DNA from: Chlamydiota bacterium
Lineage (GTDB): Bacteria > Chlamydiota > Chlamydiia > Chlamydiales > RGXB01
Length of the DNA stretch: 47,421 bases
Assembly (NCBI GenBank): GCA_010031885.1
Contig: RGYU01000003.1
Coordinates: 1-47,421 of the forward strand
Direction: 5' to 3'
Positions 36,967 to 47,410 of the stretch are shown here, one piece after another. The notes below the pieces were generated by a model. That model saw only the letters and a list, made by a program, of their open reading frames with translations. It was not told where the DNA came from and searched no databases. Within the stretch, counting starts at the first letter, position 1, and every line of letters starts with the position of its first letter. Made by a program: the position numbers and the translations under genes.

Positions 36967-37784
36967 AAAAAATAGGCTTTCAAAGCAAATAGGCAGGTAA
37001 AAAGGATAAATGCAATTCCGATTTTAGGCAGCAAAGAGGTGATTTCATCCTCATCCCAAAGTTTTTTCAAAATATGGAAAATAAAAGGGATTAAAAAAAG
37101 ATTCATAATTGATGGGACTATTGCAAGTGGAGCTAAAAGAGCCAGGCTAACTTCTACTTTTCCAAAATGTGTTCCATAGAGGACAACTAGAGTATTTTTT
37201 TTTGTGAGTTTGTCCTCTTCAAAATCACGTAAATTATTCGCCCCCAAAAGGGCAATAGAAAAAAATCCAGGAGCTAGACCAACAAACAGAGGATAAATAC
37301 TAAATTGTAGTGTTTGAAGGTAGTTTGTAAAAAATACAGCAACTGAGCCAAAGAAAAAAAGGACAATAGGTTCAGATATCCCTTTGTATGCATAACTTAT
37401 TGGCCCTTTAGTGTAAAAAATGCCTAAAAGGACAGCAAGTCCGTACATACAAAGTATGATGGGGCCGCCTCGAAAAATAAGAGGAATACTCAGTATAAAA
37501 CCAATCGCAAATGTTATACTCATCAGCCAAAACAGATGATTTTTAGTTACAAGCCCTGACGCCCCAAGTCGCCTAGGCCCTTTTCTAACGGCAGTATCTT
37601 TGCCTTGTATGCAATCGTAGTAATCGTTTGCCAGGTTTGTGCCCATTTGTATGAAAAGTCCACAAAGTAACGTAATAGCAAAAAGGACTAAATCAGGTTT
37701 TGGCGCTAAAAGTGTCCCTATCACAACAGGGCTGATGGATGCTATCCACGTTTTCGGCCTTGTCCCCTCGATCCATAGTTGCAT
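36963..37784 (-). CDS. menA: 1,4-dihydroxy-2-naphthoate prenyltransferase
   Basis: [27 protein letters not shown]...KNTL. Confidence 0.93.
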   Translation of the reverse strand: MQLWIEGTRPKTWIASISPVVIGTLLAPKPDLVLFAITLLCGLFIQMGTNLANDYYDCIQGKDTAVRKGPRRLGASGLVTKNHLFWLMSITFAIGFILSIPLIFRGGPIILCMYGLAVLLGIFYTKGPISYAYKGISEPIVLFFFGSVAVFFTNYLQTLQFSIYPLFVGLAPGFFSIALLGANNLRDFEEDKLTKKNTLVVLYGTHFGKVEVSLALLAPLAIVPSIMNLFLIPFIFHILKKLWDEDEITSLLPKIGIAFILFTCLFALKAYFL

Positions 37785-38574
37785 CCTTACCTCGATATTT
37801 TTGAAAATTAGGTTTTCTTTTTTCTAAGAAGGCCTGTTTGCCTTCTTTTGCCTCATCGGTTTTGTAATAGAGCATTGTGGCCAAACCGGCTAGCTCTTGG
37901 ATTCCCGATTGACCATCGATATCGGCGTTGAATGAAGCCTTTAGGCATGCAAGAGCTGTAGGAGAGTGTGATAGTAGTGTTCGGCACCATTCAATAGTCG
38001 TAGATTTTAACTCCTCATAGGGAACAACAGCGTTTACAAGCCCCATATCAAATGCTTGATCGGCCGAATATTGGCGGCACATGAACCAAATCTCTCTTGC
38101 CTTTTTTTGACCCACAATACGGGCTAGGTAGCTTGAGCCAAATCCACCATCAAATGAACCGACTTTAGGCCCTACCTGCCCAAAGCGGGCGTTATTGGCA
38201 GCTATGGTCATATCGCAAAGCACATGCAGAACATGGCCACCTCCAATTGCGTAACCTGCAACCATTGCTATCGTTGGTTTGGGACAAGAACGGAGTTTTT
38301 TTTGAAAAGTAAGCACATTTAGGCTTTCGCGACCCGATTCATCTTTATAACCCTCATCGCCACGTATACTTTGATCTCCACCAGAGCAAAAAGCCTCTTT
38401 TCCGTATCCTGATAAAACGATAACGCCAACTAACGAATCCTCAATAGCATTGTCTAAAGCTTGGATCATTTCTGCTACTGTCTGTGGTCTAAAAGCATTT
38501 CTTTTATGGGGACGATTGATGGTAATCCATGCAATTTGATCCTGTTTTTCGAAAAGAATATCTTGAAAGTTCAT
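37693..38574 (-). CDS. menB: 1,4-dihydroxy-2-naphthoyl-CoA synthase
   Basis: [47 protein letters not shown]. The C-terminus runs 92 nt into menA. Confidence 0.96.
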   Translation of the reverse strand: MNFQDILFEKQDQIAWITINRPHKRNAFRPQTVAEMIQALDNAIEDSLVGVIVLSGYGKEAFCSGGDQSIRGDEGYKDESGRESLNVLTFQKKLRSCPKPTIAMVAGYAIGGGHVLHVLCDMTIAANNARFGQVGPKVGSFDGGFGSSYLARIVGQKKAREIWFMCRQYSADQAFDMGLVNAVVPYEELKSTTIEWCRTLLSHSPTALACLKASFNADIDGQSGIQELAGLATMLYYKTDEAKEGKQAFLEKRKPNFQKYRGKDATMDRGDKAENVDSIHQPCCDRDTFSAKT

Positions 38575-39299
38575 AGGAGCACCATTCTTATAAGTTTGGC
38601 AAGGTGTAAAGGTTTTTCTAGATGTACTAGATGTCCGCTTTTTTCAATGCTATGGATGAATATAGGCTCCATAGACTCTTTTAAGCAATCTTCCATCTCT
38701 TTTTTAAGCGGATCTTTATCTCCGTAAATAAGATGCACAGGCATACGAAAGGGGGGAATAAGTGTTTTTTGGTTCAATATGCTTAAGCTTTGGAACTGCT
38801 TTAAAAGGAATTTTGGATCTAATTCGGCCTTTTTTTTCAAAAGATGATCGAGAGGAGTGTAGCCTGAAAAAATGGGTAAAGAGTACCACCATTTTAAAAA
38901 ATCTCTTAATCTCAAAGTTTGTAGTTTTTGTTGTACGTTTTTCTCAAATACAAGCCTTTTTTCGGTTTCAAAAGAGCTGAACTTTAATCTTGATGAGATG
39001 CAAATTACATGGCTGAAAAGATCCGGAAAGAGGTCTACAAGCTGAAGCGCAATACGTCCTCCCATAGAATAGCCGATTACAGGTATTGGCCTGTCGAACA
39101 TACTCATAATCAAAGAATAAATTTTTTCTAGAACCTCACAAAATTCCCCCTCAGGGAGGAGGATGACGACAGGGCTACAAAACTCCTTGATTTTTTTTAC
39201 CATCTCCTCGAAGTCCTCGTGAATGGATAAAAAACCACCTATCACTAGAACAGGGTTTTTTATTTGTACAGAAGAAGTGATTGTTCTTTCAAAGTGCAT
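38571..39299 (-). CDS. menH: SHCHC synthase (alpha/beta hydrolase)
   Basis: [30 protein letters not shown]; located between menD and menB. Confidence 0.85.
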   Translation of the reverse strand: MHFERTITSSVQIKNPVLVIGGFLSIHEDFEEMVKKIKEFCSPVVILLPEGEFCEVLEKIYSLIMSMFDRPIPVIGYSMGGRIALQLVDLFPDLFSHVICISSRLKFSSFETEKRLVFEKNVQQKLQTLRLRDFLKWWYSLPIFSGYTPLDHLLKKKAELDPKFLLKQFQSLSILNQKTLIPPFRMPVHLIYGDKDPLKKEMEDCLKESMEPIFIHSIEKSGHLVHLEKPLHLAKLIRMVLL

Positions 39300-40957
39300 T
39301 CCAAAGTATCCTTTAGACGCTTTAGATGGTGTAAATCTACCTCCTGGGCTGTTACCATCTCAATCAAAGCGGGCCGTTTTTTCTGAATGAGGGTTTCTAT
39401 GCACAAATCTTCGTTAAAAAAGAAATAATCTAAATCAAAGTTTTTGGCGACAAGGGCATAGTCAAGGGTATGAGGCATAACAAAAAGTTCTTCATTCTCT
39501 TGGAGGCTCTTGACCCCCTCAAGGTAATTGAAGATCTGGCCCCCTCCATTATTAAATACGATAATGATCAAAGGAAGTGGATTTTTTTTGAGAAAAAATA
39601 ACGAATTGAGGTCGTGCCAAAAAGTCATGTCTCCTAAAATTGCTAAGGTAGGTCGATCCTTTTTTAAAGCTATACCAATTGCAGTCGCTATGTTTCCCTC
39701 TATTCCAGAGTGACCTCGGTTTGCATAGATCTCCCCCCTGAATTCATGGGGGTAGAAAACACGATCCAAATGCCTAATAGGCATACTGTTCCCCACAAAT
39801 AGGTTAAAAAAAATAGAGGATTTTGACAATAGTCGCAAAAAAGCAATTTCAGAGATTTGGGGTTCCTCAAATAGAGCCTTATCAATAGACTGGAAGCTGA
39901 TCTCAGAAAGTTCAAGGCAGTTTTTAATATAACTGGAAAAAAGGCGGGCAGGAGTGTGTTGGATCATATCATGGATGAATTGGCCCGGATGCATAACAAT
40001 TCTATGGGTAATTGCATGTAGCGGATCGGCTCGCTCCGTATGGGGCGTCACATAAACAACCCTTTCAATCGAATTCAACCAGGGATCAATCATCTTGTTT
40101 ACAAAACGATCACCAAATTTTACAACAATGTCAGGCTTAAGCTCGTCTAAAATATTTTCAAAATTTTGAAGAATGTAACGATTAGAGCAGTGTTTTCTAC
40201 AATTTGAAAGGGGATCTACAAGGATTGGCCAACATAAATGTTTTGCAAATTCCAGAAGAGCTTTAGATTCTATCAAATCGGTCTGACCTACTACAATTAC
40301 CCCTCTCTCATAAAAAAGGATCTCCTGTTGAATCTTTGAAGCCTCTTTTGCACTGAGGATCCTCTCAATTGTTTGAAAAGATGTTTTTGGCTTGAGTGTT
40401 GGCCGATTCTTAACTGTGGAATGGATCACAGGAGTTCTGAATTGGCAATTTAGATGGATCGGTCCTCCATTCTCCTGCTTAGATACAAATACTGCATGCG
40501 CCACAATCGATTTTACAAATCCCTCTGAAACTTCAGCTGACGGTGGGGGAAATTGAAAATGCAAACGGATAAAAGGATTAAAAAAGTCGTATTGTTCAAT
40601 TGTTTGATTCGCCATGGCTAAATGGAGCTCAGGGGGGCGATCTGCTGTTAAAAGAATAAGCGGCACATGGGTATGGAATGCCTCAACTACAGCTGGTAAA
40701 AGATTCGCCAGGGCACTTCCTGAGGTGACAATAAGGGCAACGGGCTCGTTTAAGGATTTAGCAAGTCCAAGTGCAATATAACCGAGCCCCCTTTCATCAA
40801 AATGTGTATGAACCTCGGCAAGAGGATTTCGTTTAGCGGCCAGATTCAAAGCAGAGGATCGAGATCCGGGTGCTATGCAAAAGTGGCGCACATTTTGAGC
40901 GACAAGCTCTTCAACAATGCTTTCAGAAAAAAGGGTGTTCCAGTACGCGGTATTCAT
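39260..40957 (-). CDS. menD: SEPHCHC synthase (ThDP-dependent)
   Basis: PGSRSSAL, DERGLGY, TADRPPEL, NRGHSGIEG, GDMTFWHDLNSL, NNGGGQIF. Confidence 0.96.
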   Translation of the reverse strand: MNTAYWNTLFSESIVEELVAQNVRHFCIAPGSRSSALNLAAKRNPLAEVHTHFDERGLGYIALGLAKSLNEPVALIVTSGSALANLLPAVVEAFHTHVPLILLTADRPPELHLAMANQTIEQYDFFNPFIRLHFQFPPPSAEVSEGFVKSIVAHAVFVSKQENGGPIHLNCQFRTPVIHSTVKNRPTLKPKTSFQTIERILSAKEASKIQQEILFYERGVIVVGQTDLIESKALLEFAKHLCWPILVDPLSNCRKHCSNRYILQNFENILDELKPDIVVKFGDRFVNKMIDPWLNSIERVVYVTPHTERADPLHAITHRIVMHPGQFIHDMIQHTPARLFSSYIKNCLELSEISFQSIDKALFEEPQISEIAFLRLLSKSSIFFNLFVGNSMPIRHLDRVFYPHEFRGEIYANRGHSGIEGNIATAIGIALKKDRPTLAILGDMTFWHDLNSLFFLKKNPLPLIIIVFNNGGGQIFNYLEGVKSLQENEELFVMPHTLDYALVAKNFDLDYFFFNEDLCIETLIQKKRPALIEMVTAQEVDLHHLKRLKDTLECTLKEQSLLLYK

Positions 40958-40960
40958 AAT

Positions 40961-41995
40961 TTACCAAAGGTAGGGGGAAATTTTATGATCAAGCTCATTC
41001 CATTCTTGGTCTATGGTGGAACCCTCTACAAGTCCACTGCCGGCAAACAAATAGAGATGTTGATTTTTAACAAGTATGGATCGAATAGCCACTGAAGCAA
41101 GGGTCGTTCCATCTAGCATTAAAGCAAAAGGGGCAGCGTAGAGGCCTCGATCAAAAGGTTCTACCTGATAAAGCTTTTCGATCGCTGTATTTTTTGGATA
41201 ACCTGCAACAGCACTTGTTGGGTGCAAAAGTCGAATTAGGTCGCTATCCGAGACATCGGGTTTGAGCTTACCCTCAATCGATGTTTTGAGATGGTACAAA
41301 TGGTGTGACGTCAAAATGGCGGGGTGATCATCCACATGTACCTCAAGGCAAACCGTTTTCAATTTTTGTAGAAGATCGTCAATCACATACTGATGCTCTT
41401 TTCTGTCTTTTTGCGACTCCAAAAGAAGACTTGGATTTTGATCAATAGGCAAGGTGCCCGCAATTGCAGCAGTTAAGATGTGGTCTTTTTTACGCTCATA
41501 AAGCCGTTCAGGTGTAGCGCCCATGAAAGCGATCCCCTTTTCGGGCATGTAAAAAAAAATGTCTTGAGAGCGGAAAATCGCAAGGTGATTATTGATAAGG
41601 TGTTTTGCATCGAGCGAGTTCTCAAATTTCAAGACTGTTTTTCGGGCTAAAACAATTTTTTCTATCCCCTCGAATCCATTTTCAACCGTTTTTGTGTAAG
41701 AAGCTTTATCTGGAAGGTCTGTTCTATTGAGAGGTTTTTCTAGCGGTTCAATGACTGGATAGATACGCGACTCTATCCTGTAACTTGCCGGTTGGATCCA
41801 AATAGAGGTTGGAAAGGTTTTCCAAAGGTCGCTCTTTCTTTCAAATGGGAAAAAGTCTTGAAACCCTATTTGTGGAAAAACATCGGGGGTTGGGCTTTCG
41901 CTTTGGCGCTGGATTCCGAATCCACCAAATGTAAATTGGGGTGTTGCAAATAAGAATTTGGGGTAAACATCTTCTTGAAAAAGCCACTCAATCAC
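40961..41995 (-). CDS. menF: Isochorismate synthase
   Basis: KIVLAR, GATPERL, AIAGT, KDRKEH, LHPTSAVAG, FDRGLYA, FAGSGLV. Confidence 0.92.
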   Translation of the reverse strand: MIEWLFQEDVYPKFLFATPQFTFGGFGIQRQSESPTPDVFPQIGFQDFFPFERKSDLWKTFPTSIWIQPASYRIESRIYPVIEPLEKPLNRTDLPDKASYTKTVENGFEGIEKIVLARKTVLKFENSLDAKHLINNHLAIFRSQDIFFYMPEKGIAFMGATPERLYERKKDHILTAAIAGTLPIDQNPSLLLESQKDRKEHQYVIDDLLQKLKTVCLEVHVDDHPAILTSHHLYHLKTSIEGKLKPDVSDSDLIRLLHPTSAVAGYPKNTAIEKLYQVEPFDRGLYAAPFALMLDGTTLASVAIRSILVKNQHLYLFAGSGLVEGSTIDQEWNELDHKISPYLW

Positions 41996-42711
41996 AATTT
42001 TTTTCCTGTATAAATTGTTACGATACCAAAAAATATAGAGCGATAGGCAACATCCTTAAAACCGGCTATTTCCAGCAGTTTGTTGAATTCTTCCCGTTGA
42101 GCAAATGTCTCGATTGTTTCATTGAGGTAACGGTAGGCTTTAAGATTTGAAGAAAAAAGGGCGCCAAGAAATGGGAGTATGTAGCGAATATAAAAAAGAA
42201 ACCCTTTTTTGAATAAAAAAGATTGAGGTGTCGAAAACTCCAAAACATGAATAGAACCCTTTTCTTTTAATATTCTGAAGATTTCCTTAAGCCCTTTTTG
42301 GGGATCCATAAAATTGCGTATACCAAAGCTGAGTGTTGCAATATCAAAGCTGTGATCTTGAAATGACGTACTATGACCATCTTCAACAAGTAGCTTTACA
42401 ATAGATCCAAAACCTGCTTTAAAGACCTTTTTGACTCCTACCTTCATCATTTCCGTCGAGACATCGATCCCAACAGCTTTTACAATATTTTTGCGAAGTT
42501 CTAGGTTAATCAGAAGTTGGTCACAAGTTCCAGTGGCAATATCTATCATTTCTAAAGGGCGATCAAAAGGTATTGTTTGGACTAGTGCCTTTCGAAACCA
42601 CAGATCTTGACCAAAAGAAATAACTCGATTTGTCATATCGTAAACTTTTCCGATAGAATCGAACATGGCTGCAACATGTTCTCGTGAAGGAATTCGTTGA
42701 CTCACTTTCAT
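41992..42711 (-). CDS. menG: Demethylmenaquinone methyltransferase (UbiE/MenG)
   Basis: MFDSIGKVYD, DIATGTCD, SFGIRN, LEFSTP, AYRYLNETI; first gene of the men operon. Confidence 0.92.
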   Translation of the reverse strand: MKVSQRIPSREHVAAMFDSIGKVYDMTNRVISFGQDLWFRKALVQTIPFDRPLEMIDIATGTCDQLLINLELRKNIVKAVGIDVSTEMMKVGVKKVFKAGFGSIVKLLVEDGHSTSFQDHSFDIATLSFGIRNFMDPQKGLKEIFRILKEKGSIHVLEFSTPQSFLFKKGFLFYIRYILPFLGALFSSNLKAYRYLNETIETFAQREEFNKLLEIAGFKDVAYRSIFFGIVTIYTGKKL

Positions 42712-42864
42712 GAGCTGATTTTTACCAGAAAGATTTTATATATACAACCAAAAACCCTCTCTGGATGCTGTTTCAACATTTTCAAATTTTAAAATGGTCT
42801 TGTCCTTGAGGTAGCGTCCGATCAGGTTGCATCCGCAGCAGTTGGCACGGACAACAATAACGAC

Positions 42865-43953
42865 TTGGAGAGCGGCTCTATTCAAGCAAGAAAGGCCTCC
42901 AGAGAGGTTCAATCAAACCGTGAATATTTTAAAGATCGTGCAGCTACAATGATTACAATTTATCAAGGTGTATCAGGCATAGCAGGTGTCGCTGGTGTAA
43001 TTGCATTGATTGCAGGGGTTTTACTTAAAGATCCTTATATTCTCTCTATGGGGGTTGGTCTGATCTTTTTGGGAGGTGGGGGTGCGATTCTTGCGGGTAA
43101 GTACAGAGATTTGAAGTCTCATAATCAGATTTTTGATGATATGTTAGCTGAAAACAGCCGATTGAAAGGCCAGGTTGTCTTTTTTGAAAGCCAAAACAAA
43201 AATCTGGAACAATCGAACGTTCAATTGAAGGGTCAAGTGGGTGAATTGAGTAATAAGCTCGTGACCTTACAGCAGACAGTTCTTAGATTTGACCAAGAAA
43301 ATGATGAGCTACGTCAATCGAATGAACAGCTATCGGGGCAGATCTTAGATCTATCTGAAAAAGTACGCGAATTGCTTGAAAGTGTTCGTAAATTTAATGA
43401 CGAGAATGCAGAGCTTAAAAACTCAAATAGTGCTTTAAAAGGTCATGTGAGCGATCTTGAGACTATGAAAGGGAAGTTTGAGGTAAGTGTCGGGGAACTT
43501 GTCAAAAATGAACAGGCTTTTCGGATGATGAAAGAGCGATTTGAGGTGCTCCAAACCCAGTTTTCAACGGCACAAGAGAAAGAAATAGCTCATGATCTTG
43601 AGCGTCAAAAGATTGATCTTGTTCGTCAAGATCGTGAGGAGCAGATGCTCATAAGGGAAGAGGAGGGGATTCGCCAGCTTCAGCTTTTGGCTCAAAAAGA
43701 TGAAATTTTGTTGGCCCAAGAGGCTGAAATAGTCAAGGGAATGCAAATGCTGCAAGAAAAAGAGGTCATCTTAAAACAACAGGAGGAGAGGATCGTCCAA
43801 TCGCTGCAGTCTTTTGCAGTTGAGAGGGCAGATTTGATGCGCTTGAGGCAGCTTATTTCGAATTTGCGCCAGCAGCACCCTCAGGTGATTGCCCAGGTGG
43901 AGGGGGAGCTTGTTGTTTTTGTAGATATTCCAACAGATCCTCGATCTTATTAA
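42865..43953 (+). CDS. Putative inclusion membrane protein (IncA-like): bilobed hydrophobic domain plus long coiled coil
   Basis: About 45-aa hydrophobic hairpin interrupted by KDP, no Sec signal, followed by about 250 aa of heptad repeats. The start codon is uncertain. Confidence 0.72.
   Translation: MESGSIQARKASREVQSNREYFKDRAATMITIYQGVSGIAGVAGVIALIAGVLLKDPYILSMGVGLIFLGGGGAILAGKYRDLKSHNQIFDDMLAENSRLKGQVVFFESQNKNLEQSNVQLKGQVGELSNKLVTLQQTVLRFDQENDELRQSNEQLSGQILDLSEKVRELLESVRKFNDENAELKNSNSALKGHVSDLETMKGKFEVSVGELVKNEQAFRMMKERFEVLQTQFSTAQEKEIAHDLERQKIDLVRQDREEQMLIREEEGIRQLQLLAQKDEILLAQEAEIVKGMQMLQEKEVILKQQEERIVQSLQSFAVERADLMRLRQLISNLRQQHPQVIAQVEGELVVFVDIPTDPRSY
43183..43497 (+). repeat. Three degenerate 35-codon (105-nt) tandem repeats within the Inc-like gene
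   Basis: FESQNKNLEQSNVQLKGQVGELSNKLVTLQQTVLR / FDQENDELRQSNEQLSGQILDLSEKVRELLESVRK / FNDENAELKNSNSALKGHVSDLETMKGKFEVSVGE. Confidence 0.8.
43633..43821 (+). repeat. Three degenerate 21-codon (63-nt) tandem repeats within the Inc-like gene
   Basis: REEQMLIREEEGIRQLQLLAQ / KDEILLAQEAEIVKGMQMLQE / KEVILKQQEERIVQSLQSFAV. Confidence 0.65.
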
Positions 43954-45577
43954 AAATATTCTCTTTGGGCAACACGTCCATCAAGGAAGATTCGATGATC
44001 GTTTCATAACATTCAGGATTGAGCTCTACTAAAAAAAGACGCCCTTTTTCTTTAGCGGTATCCTGTGCAAATCCAGATAAAAAGTGGATTGCGGTTCCAT
44101 CTATTGTAGGGATTTGGTTGAAGCGAAGGCATATGTCTTTTTTGAAGTGTCCCAACTCGTGAAAGGTGAGGTCGAATTTTGCATAAGCTCCAAAAAACAG
44201 GGCACCTTGAAATTCAAAAACATCCAGGTTTTTAGGGATTTTGAGAGACTTGATGCTGGTAGCATCAACGTCGAAACCTTTTGTATTTGTCGCTGTCAAA
44301 AATTCCCCTTCAAGTTTTTTTATGGAGGCAGCCTTAGACATACGATCAACGAAAAGGAAAGCGCTCATTAAAACTCCGACCTGAATAGCAGCAATCAAAT
44401 CAAGGAAAACAGTAATGCTAAAAGTCGTAACAAAGACTAAAAAATCAGCGCGAGTTGAGCGGTAAATATGGCCCCAGCTTTTCCATTCAGACATGTTATA
44501 GGCAACAAGCATCAAAACAGCAGCTAAAGATGCCATCGGAATATAAACCACAATATCTTTTAAAAATAAAACGATCAAAAATAGAAATATGGCGTGAGAT
44601 AATCCTGCTAGAGGGGTTCTGCCATCTGCACGGACATTTGCCGCGGTTCTTGCTATCGCACCTGATACAGGTATACCGCCAAAAAAGGGTGTGGTGATGT
44701 TTGCGATCCCTTGAGCTATGAGCTCAGTGTTGGATCGATGCCTTTCGCCGACCATACCATCAGCTACAAGAGCACAAAGTAGAGATTCTATTGCACAAAG
44801 CAAGGCAATAGTTAGAGCAGCTGGAAATAGCAGGGTAATAGTATCCAAACTAATGGGCAAAAGAGGAATATATTCAAGTGCTAACGAAAGGGTACCGTAG
44901 CGGGACTGAATAGTTTCAACAGGGAATTCAAAGTAATAGCTAATAAAAGTTACTAATATGAGTGCCACAAAAGGGGCTGGAAAATTCTTTTTAAGCAAGT
45001 TGATCAATTGGATGCACAGAATGGTTAGTGCTGCGATGATCACTGCAAAAAGGTTTACGGATTCTATATGTTGCCAAAAGGCAAGCATTTTGTCCGCAAA
45101 ATGGGGTGGAACAGCACCCATTTCAAGACCTAAAGAATCTTTAATTTGCGATGTGAAAATAATTACTGCGATTCCAGCGGTAAAACCTACAACTACAGGG
45201 CGAGAAATGAACCTCAACCAGGATCCCACACCACTAGCACCCATTAAAATAAGAAGTACACCCGCGATCATCGTCGCTTGCATCAAACCAACAAGACCAA
45301 ATTGTCTAAAAATATCGTAAATAATAACGATAAATGATCCTGTAGGGCCTGCAATTTGTACCGAGCTTCCACTGAAGAGAGAAACAATAAATCCCCCTAC
45401 GATCGCAGTCATTAGGCCAATAGCCGGTGTTACACCACTAGCGATACCGAATGCGATAGAAAGGGGTAGAGCAATGATCGCTACTAAAAGACCAGCAAAA
45501 AGATCTTTTGACAATTGTCCAAATGTATAACCTGTAAACGCAGTTACAACCATTGGATAAAAGCGATCTTTCAGCAT
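43853..45577 (-). CDS. SulP/SLC26 family anion transporter with STAS domain
   Basis: DLFAGLLVAIIALPLSIAF, QIAGPTG, GAIARTAAN, GALFFGA, IDGTA. Confidence 0.94.
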   Translation of the reverse strand: MLKDRFYPMVVTAFTGYTFGQLSKDLFAGLLVAIIALPLSIAFGIASGVTPAIGLMTAIVGGFIVSLFSGSSVQIAGPTGSFIVIIYDIFRQFGLVGLMQATMIAGVLLILMGASGVGSWLRFISRPVVVGFTAGIAVIIFTSQIKDSLGLEMGAVPPHFADKMLAFWQHIESVNLFAVIIAALTILCIQLINLLKKNFPAPFVALILVTFISYYFEFPVETIQSRYGTLSLALEYIPLLPISLDTITLLFPAALTIALLCAIESLLCALVADGMVGERHRSNTELIAQGIANITTPFFGGIPVSGAIARTAANVRADGRTPLAGLSHAIFLFLIVLFLKDIVVYIPMASLAAVLMLVAYNMSEWKSWGHIYRSTRADFLVFVTTFSITVFLDLIAAIQVGVLMSAFLFVDRMSKAASIKKLEGEFLTATNTKGFDVDATSIKSLKIPKNLDVFEFQGALFFGAYAKFDLTFHELGHFKKDICLRFNQIPTIDGTAIHFLSGFAQDTAKEKGRLFLVELNPECYETIIESSLMDVLPKENIFNKIEDLLEYLQKQQAPPPPGQSPEGAAGANSK

Positions 45578-45592
45578 TGACTCCTCTCTGCT

Positions 45593-47410
45593 CTAAGGAG
45601 CGTTACGCCCCCTTCTTTTTCTCTCATTCTCGGTCAATTCCGCTTTACGCAGACGGATCGACTTTGGAGTGACTTCAATCAATTCATCCACCTCAATGAA
45701 ATCGATCGCCTGCTCTAGGTTCAAGATTCTCGGAGGTGTTAAAATAATATTTTCATCAGAACCTGAAGCGCGGACATTTGTCAACTGTTTTCCACGCACC
45801 GGATTGACTACGAGGTCGTTGTCCCGGTTGTGTTCTCCGATGACCATCCCCTCATAAATTTCTTGTCCTGGCTGAATGAACATGATTCCGCGGTCTTGTA
45901 GGGCAAAAATGGAGTATGCGGTAGCTTGCCCTGCAGAATTTGAGATCAGAACACCATTGTGACGCCCCTCAATCTCCCCTTTGTGTGGCTGGTAAGAGTG
46001 GAATAAAGAGGTGAGGATCCCTTTCCCCTTGGTCTGGGTCAAAAAGTCGCTTCTATAGCCCATCAAACCACGCATTGGCATCACAAACTCAATAGAGCTG
46101 ATTCCATGCTCGTTGGTAGAGAGATTCTGCATTTCTCCTTTTCGCTTGGAAAGGGTCTCAATAATTGAGCCAGAAAATTCTTCGGGAACTTCGATGAATA
46201 CCCGCTCAAACGGTTCAAAAATTTCCCCTTCAATTTTTTTGAGAACTACTACAGGTTTGGAAATAGAAAATTCGTAGCCCTCACGACGCATCGTTTCGAT
46301 CAATACCGAGAGGTGTAGCTCACCGCGTCCGCAAACTTCGATCGCATCATCTCCCGAATCGTTGATCTTATAGGAGATATTGGCCCTTTTTTCTTTTAAG
46401 AGGCGCTCGCGGATCTTGTTCATGGTTACGTGTTTCCCCTCTTTACCGACTAGCGGGCCAGAGTTGACCATGAATTTGACCGAAATTGTTGGTTCATCCA
46501 AGGGGATAGGGGGGAGGCGTTTAGAATTGTTTGGATCGCTTACGGTATCACCGATCATAGCGTTGGTCAAACCGCTCAAGCATATGATATCTCCGGTAGT
46601 ACCCTCTTGGAATTCGACTTTCTTGATCCCACGGTACCCCTCTACTTTTGTAATTTTGTAAAGTTCAGACTTGCCATTTTCACCCGAGAGGAGCACTTGC
46701 TGCCCCGGCTTGACTGAGCCGCTCAAAACACGACCGGTCACCTGACGTCCAAGGTAATCTGAATAGGACAAGGTACTTACCTGCATCAAAAAGAGCCCTT
46801 TTTCATCTCCCTCTGGGGCATCTACCGCATCCAAAATCATGTCGAAGAGGGGAGTCATGTCGACCTTTTCGTCATCCATTTCTTTGATTGCATATCCCCC
46901 AATACCTGACGCGTAAATGTGCTTAAAGTCTAGTTGCTCATCTGTAGCTCCAAGCTCAACAAATAAATCAAAAGTCAAATTCAACGCTCTGTCAACATTG
47001 GCATTTGGTTTATCAATTTTATTGATGACTAAGATTGGCTTGAGTCCCATTTTTAAGGACTTGCTCAACACAAATCGAGTTTGGGGCATCGGCCCCTCTT
47101 GAGCGTCCACAAGAAGAAGAACAGATTGAACCATCCCTAAAACCCGCTCCACTTCGCCGGAAAAGTCGGCATGTCCAGGGGTGTCAATGATGTTAATCAC
47201 GGTGTCTTTGTAAGGTAAGCTTGTATGCTTAGCGAAGATCGTGATTCCGCGCTCTTTTTCAAGGTCGTTGGAGTCCATCATCCGCTCGTCGGTCGCTTCA
47301 TTTTCCCTGAAGAGATTGGCTTGTTTGAGGAGTTGGTCGATGAGGGTGGTTTTCCCATGGTCGATGTGGGCAATGATCGCGATATTGCGAATGTTTTGGC
47401 GTTGAGTCAT
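45593..47410 (-). CDS. typA: Translational GTPase TypA/BipA
   Basis: AHIDHGKTT, ERGITI, DTPGHADF, GRGELHL, KQLTNVRASG. Confidence 0.97.
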   Translation of the reverse strand: MTQRQNIRNIAIIAHIDHGKTTLIDQLLKQANLFRENEATDERMMDSNDLEKERGITIFAKHTSLPYKDTVINIIDTPGHADFSGEVERVLGMVQSVLLLVDAQEGPMPQTRFVLSKSLKMGLKPILVINKIDKPNANVDRALNLTFDLFVELGATDEQLDFKHIYASGIGGYAIKEMDDEKVDMTPLFDMILDAVDAPEGDEKGLFLMQVSTLSYSDYLGRQVTGRVLSGSVKPGQQVLLSGENGKSELYKITKVEGYRGIKKVEFQEGTTGDIICLSGLTNAMIGDTVSDPNNSKRLPPIPLDEPTISVKFMVNSGPLVGKEGKHVTMNKIRERLLKEKRANISYKINDSGDDAIEVCGRGELHLSVLIETMRREGYEFSISKPVVVLKKIEGEIFEPFERVFIEVPEEFSGSIIETLSKRKGEMQNLSTNEHGISSIEFVMPMRGLMGYRSDFLTQTKGKGILTSLFHSYQPHKGEIEGRHNGVLISNSAGQATAYSIFALQDRGIMFIQPGQEIYEGMVIGEHNRDNDLVVNPVRGKQLTNVRASGSDENIILTPPRILNLEQAIDFIEVDELIEVTPKSIRLRKAELTENERKRRGRNAP

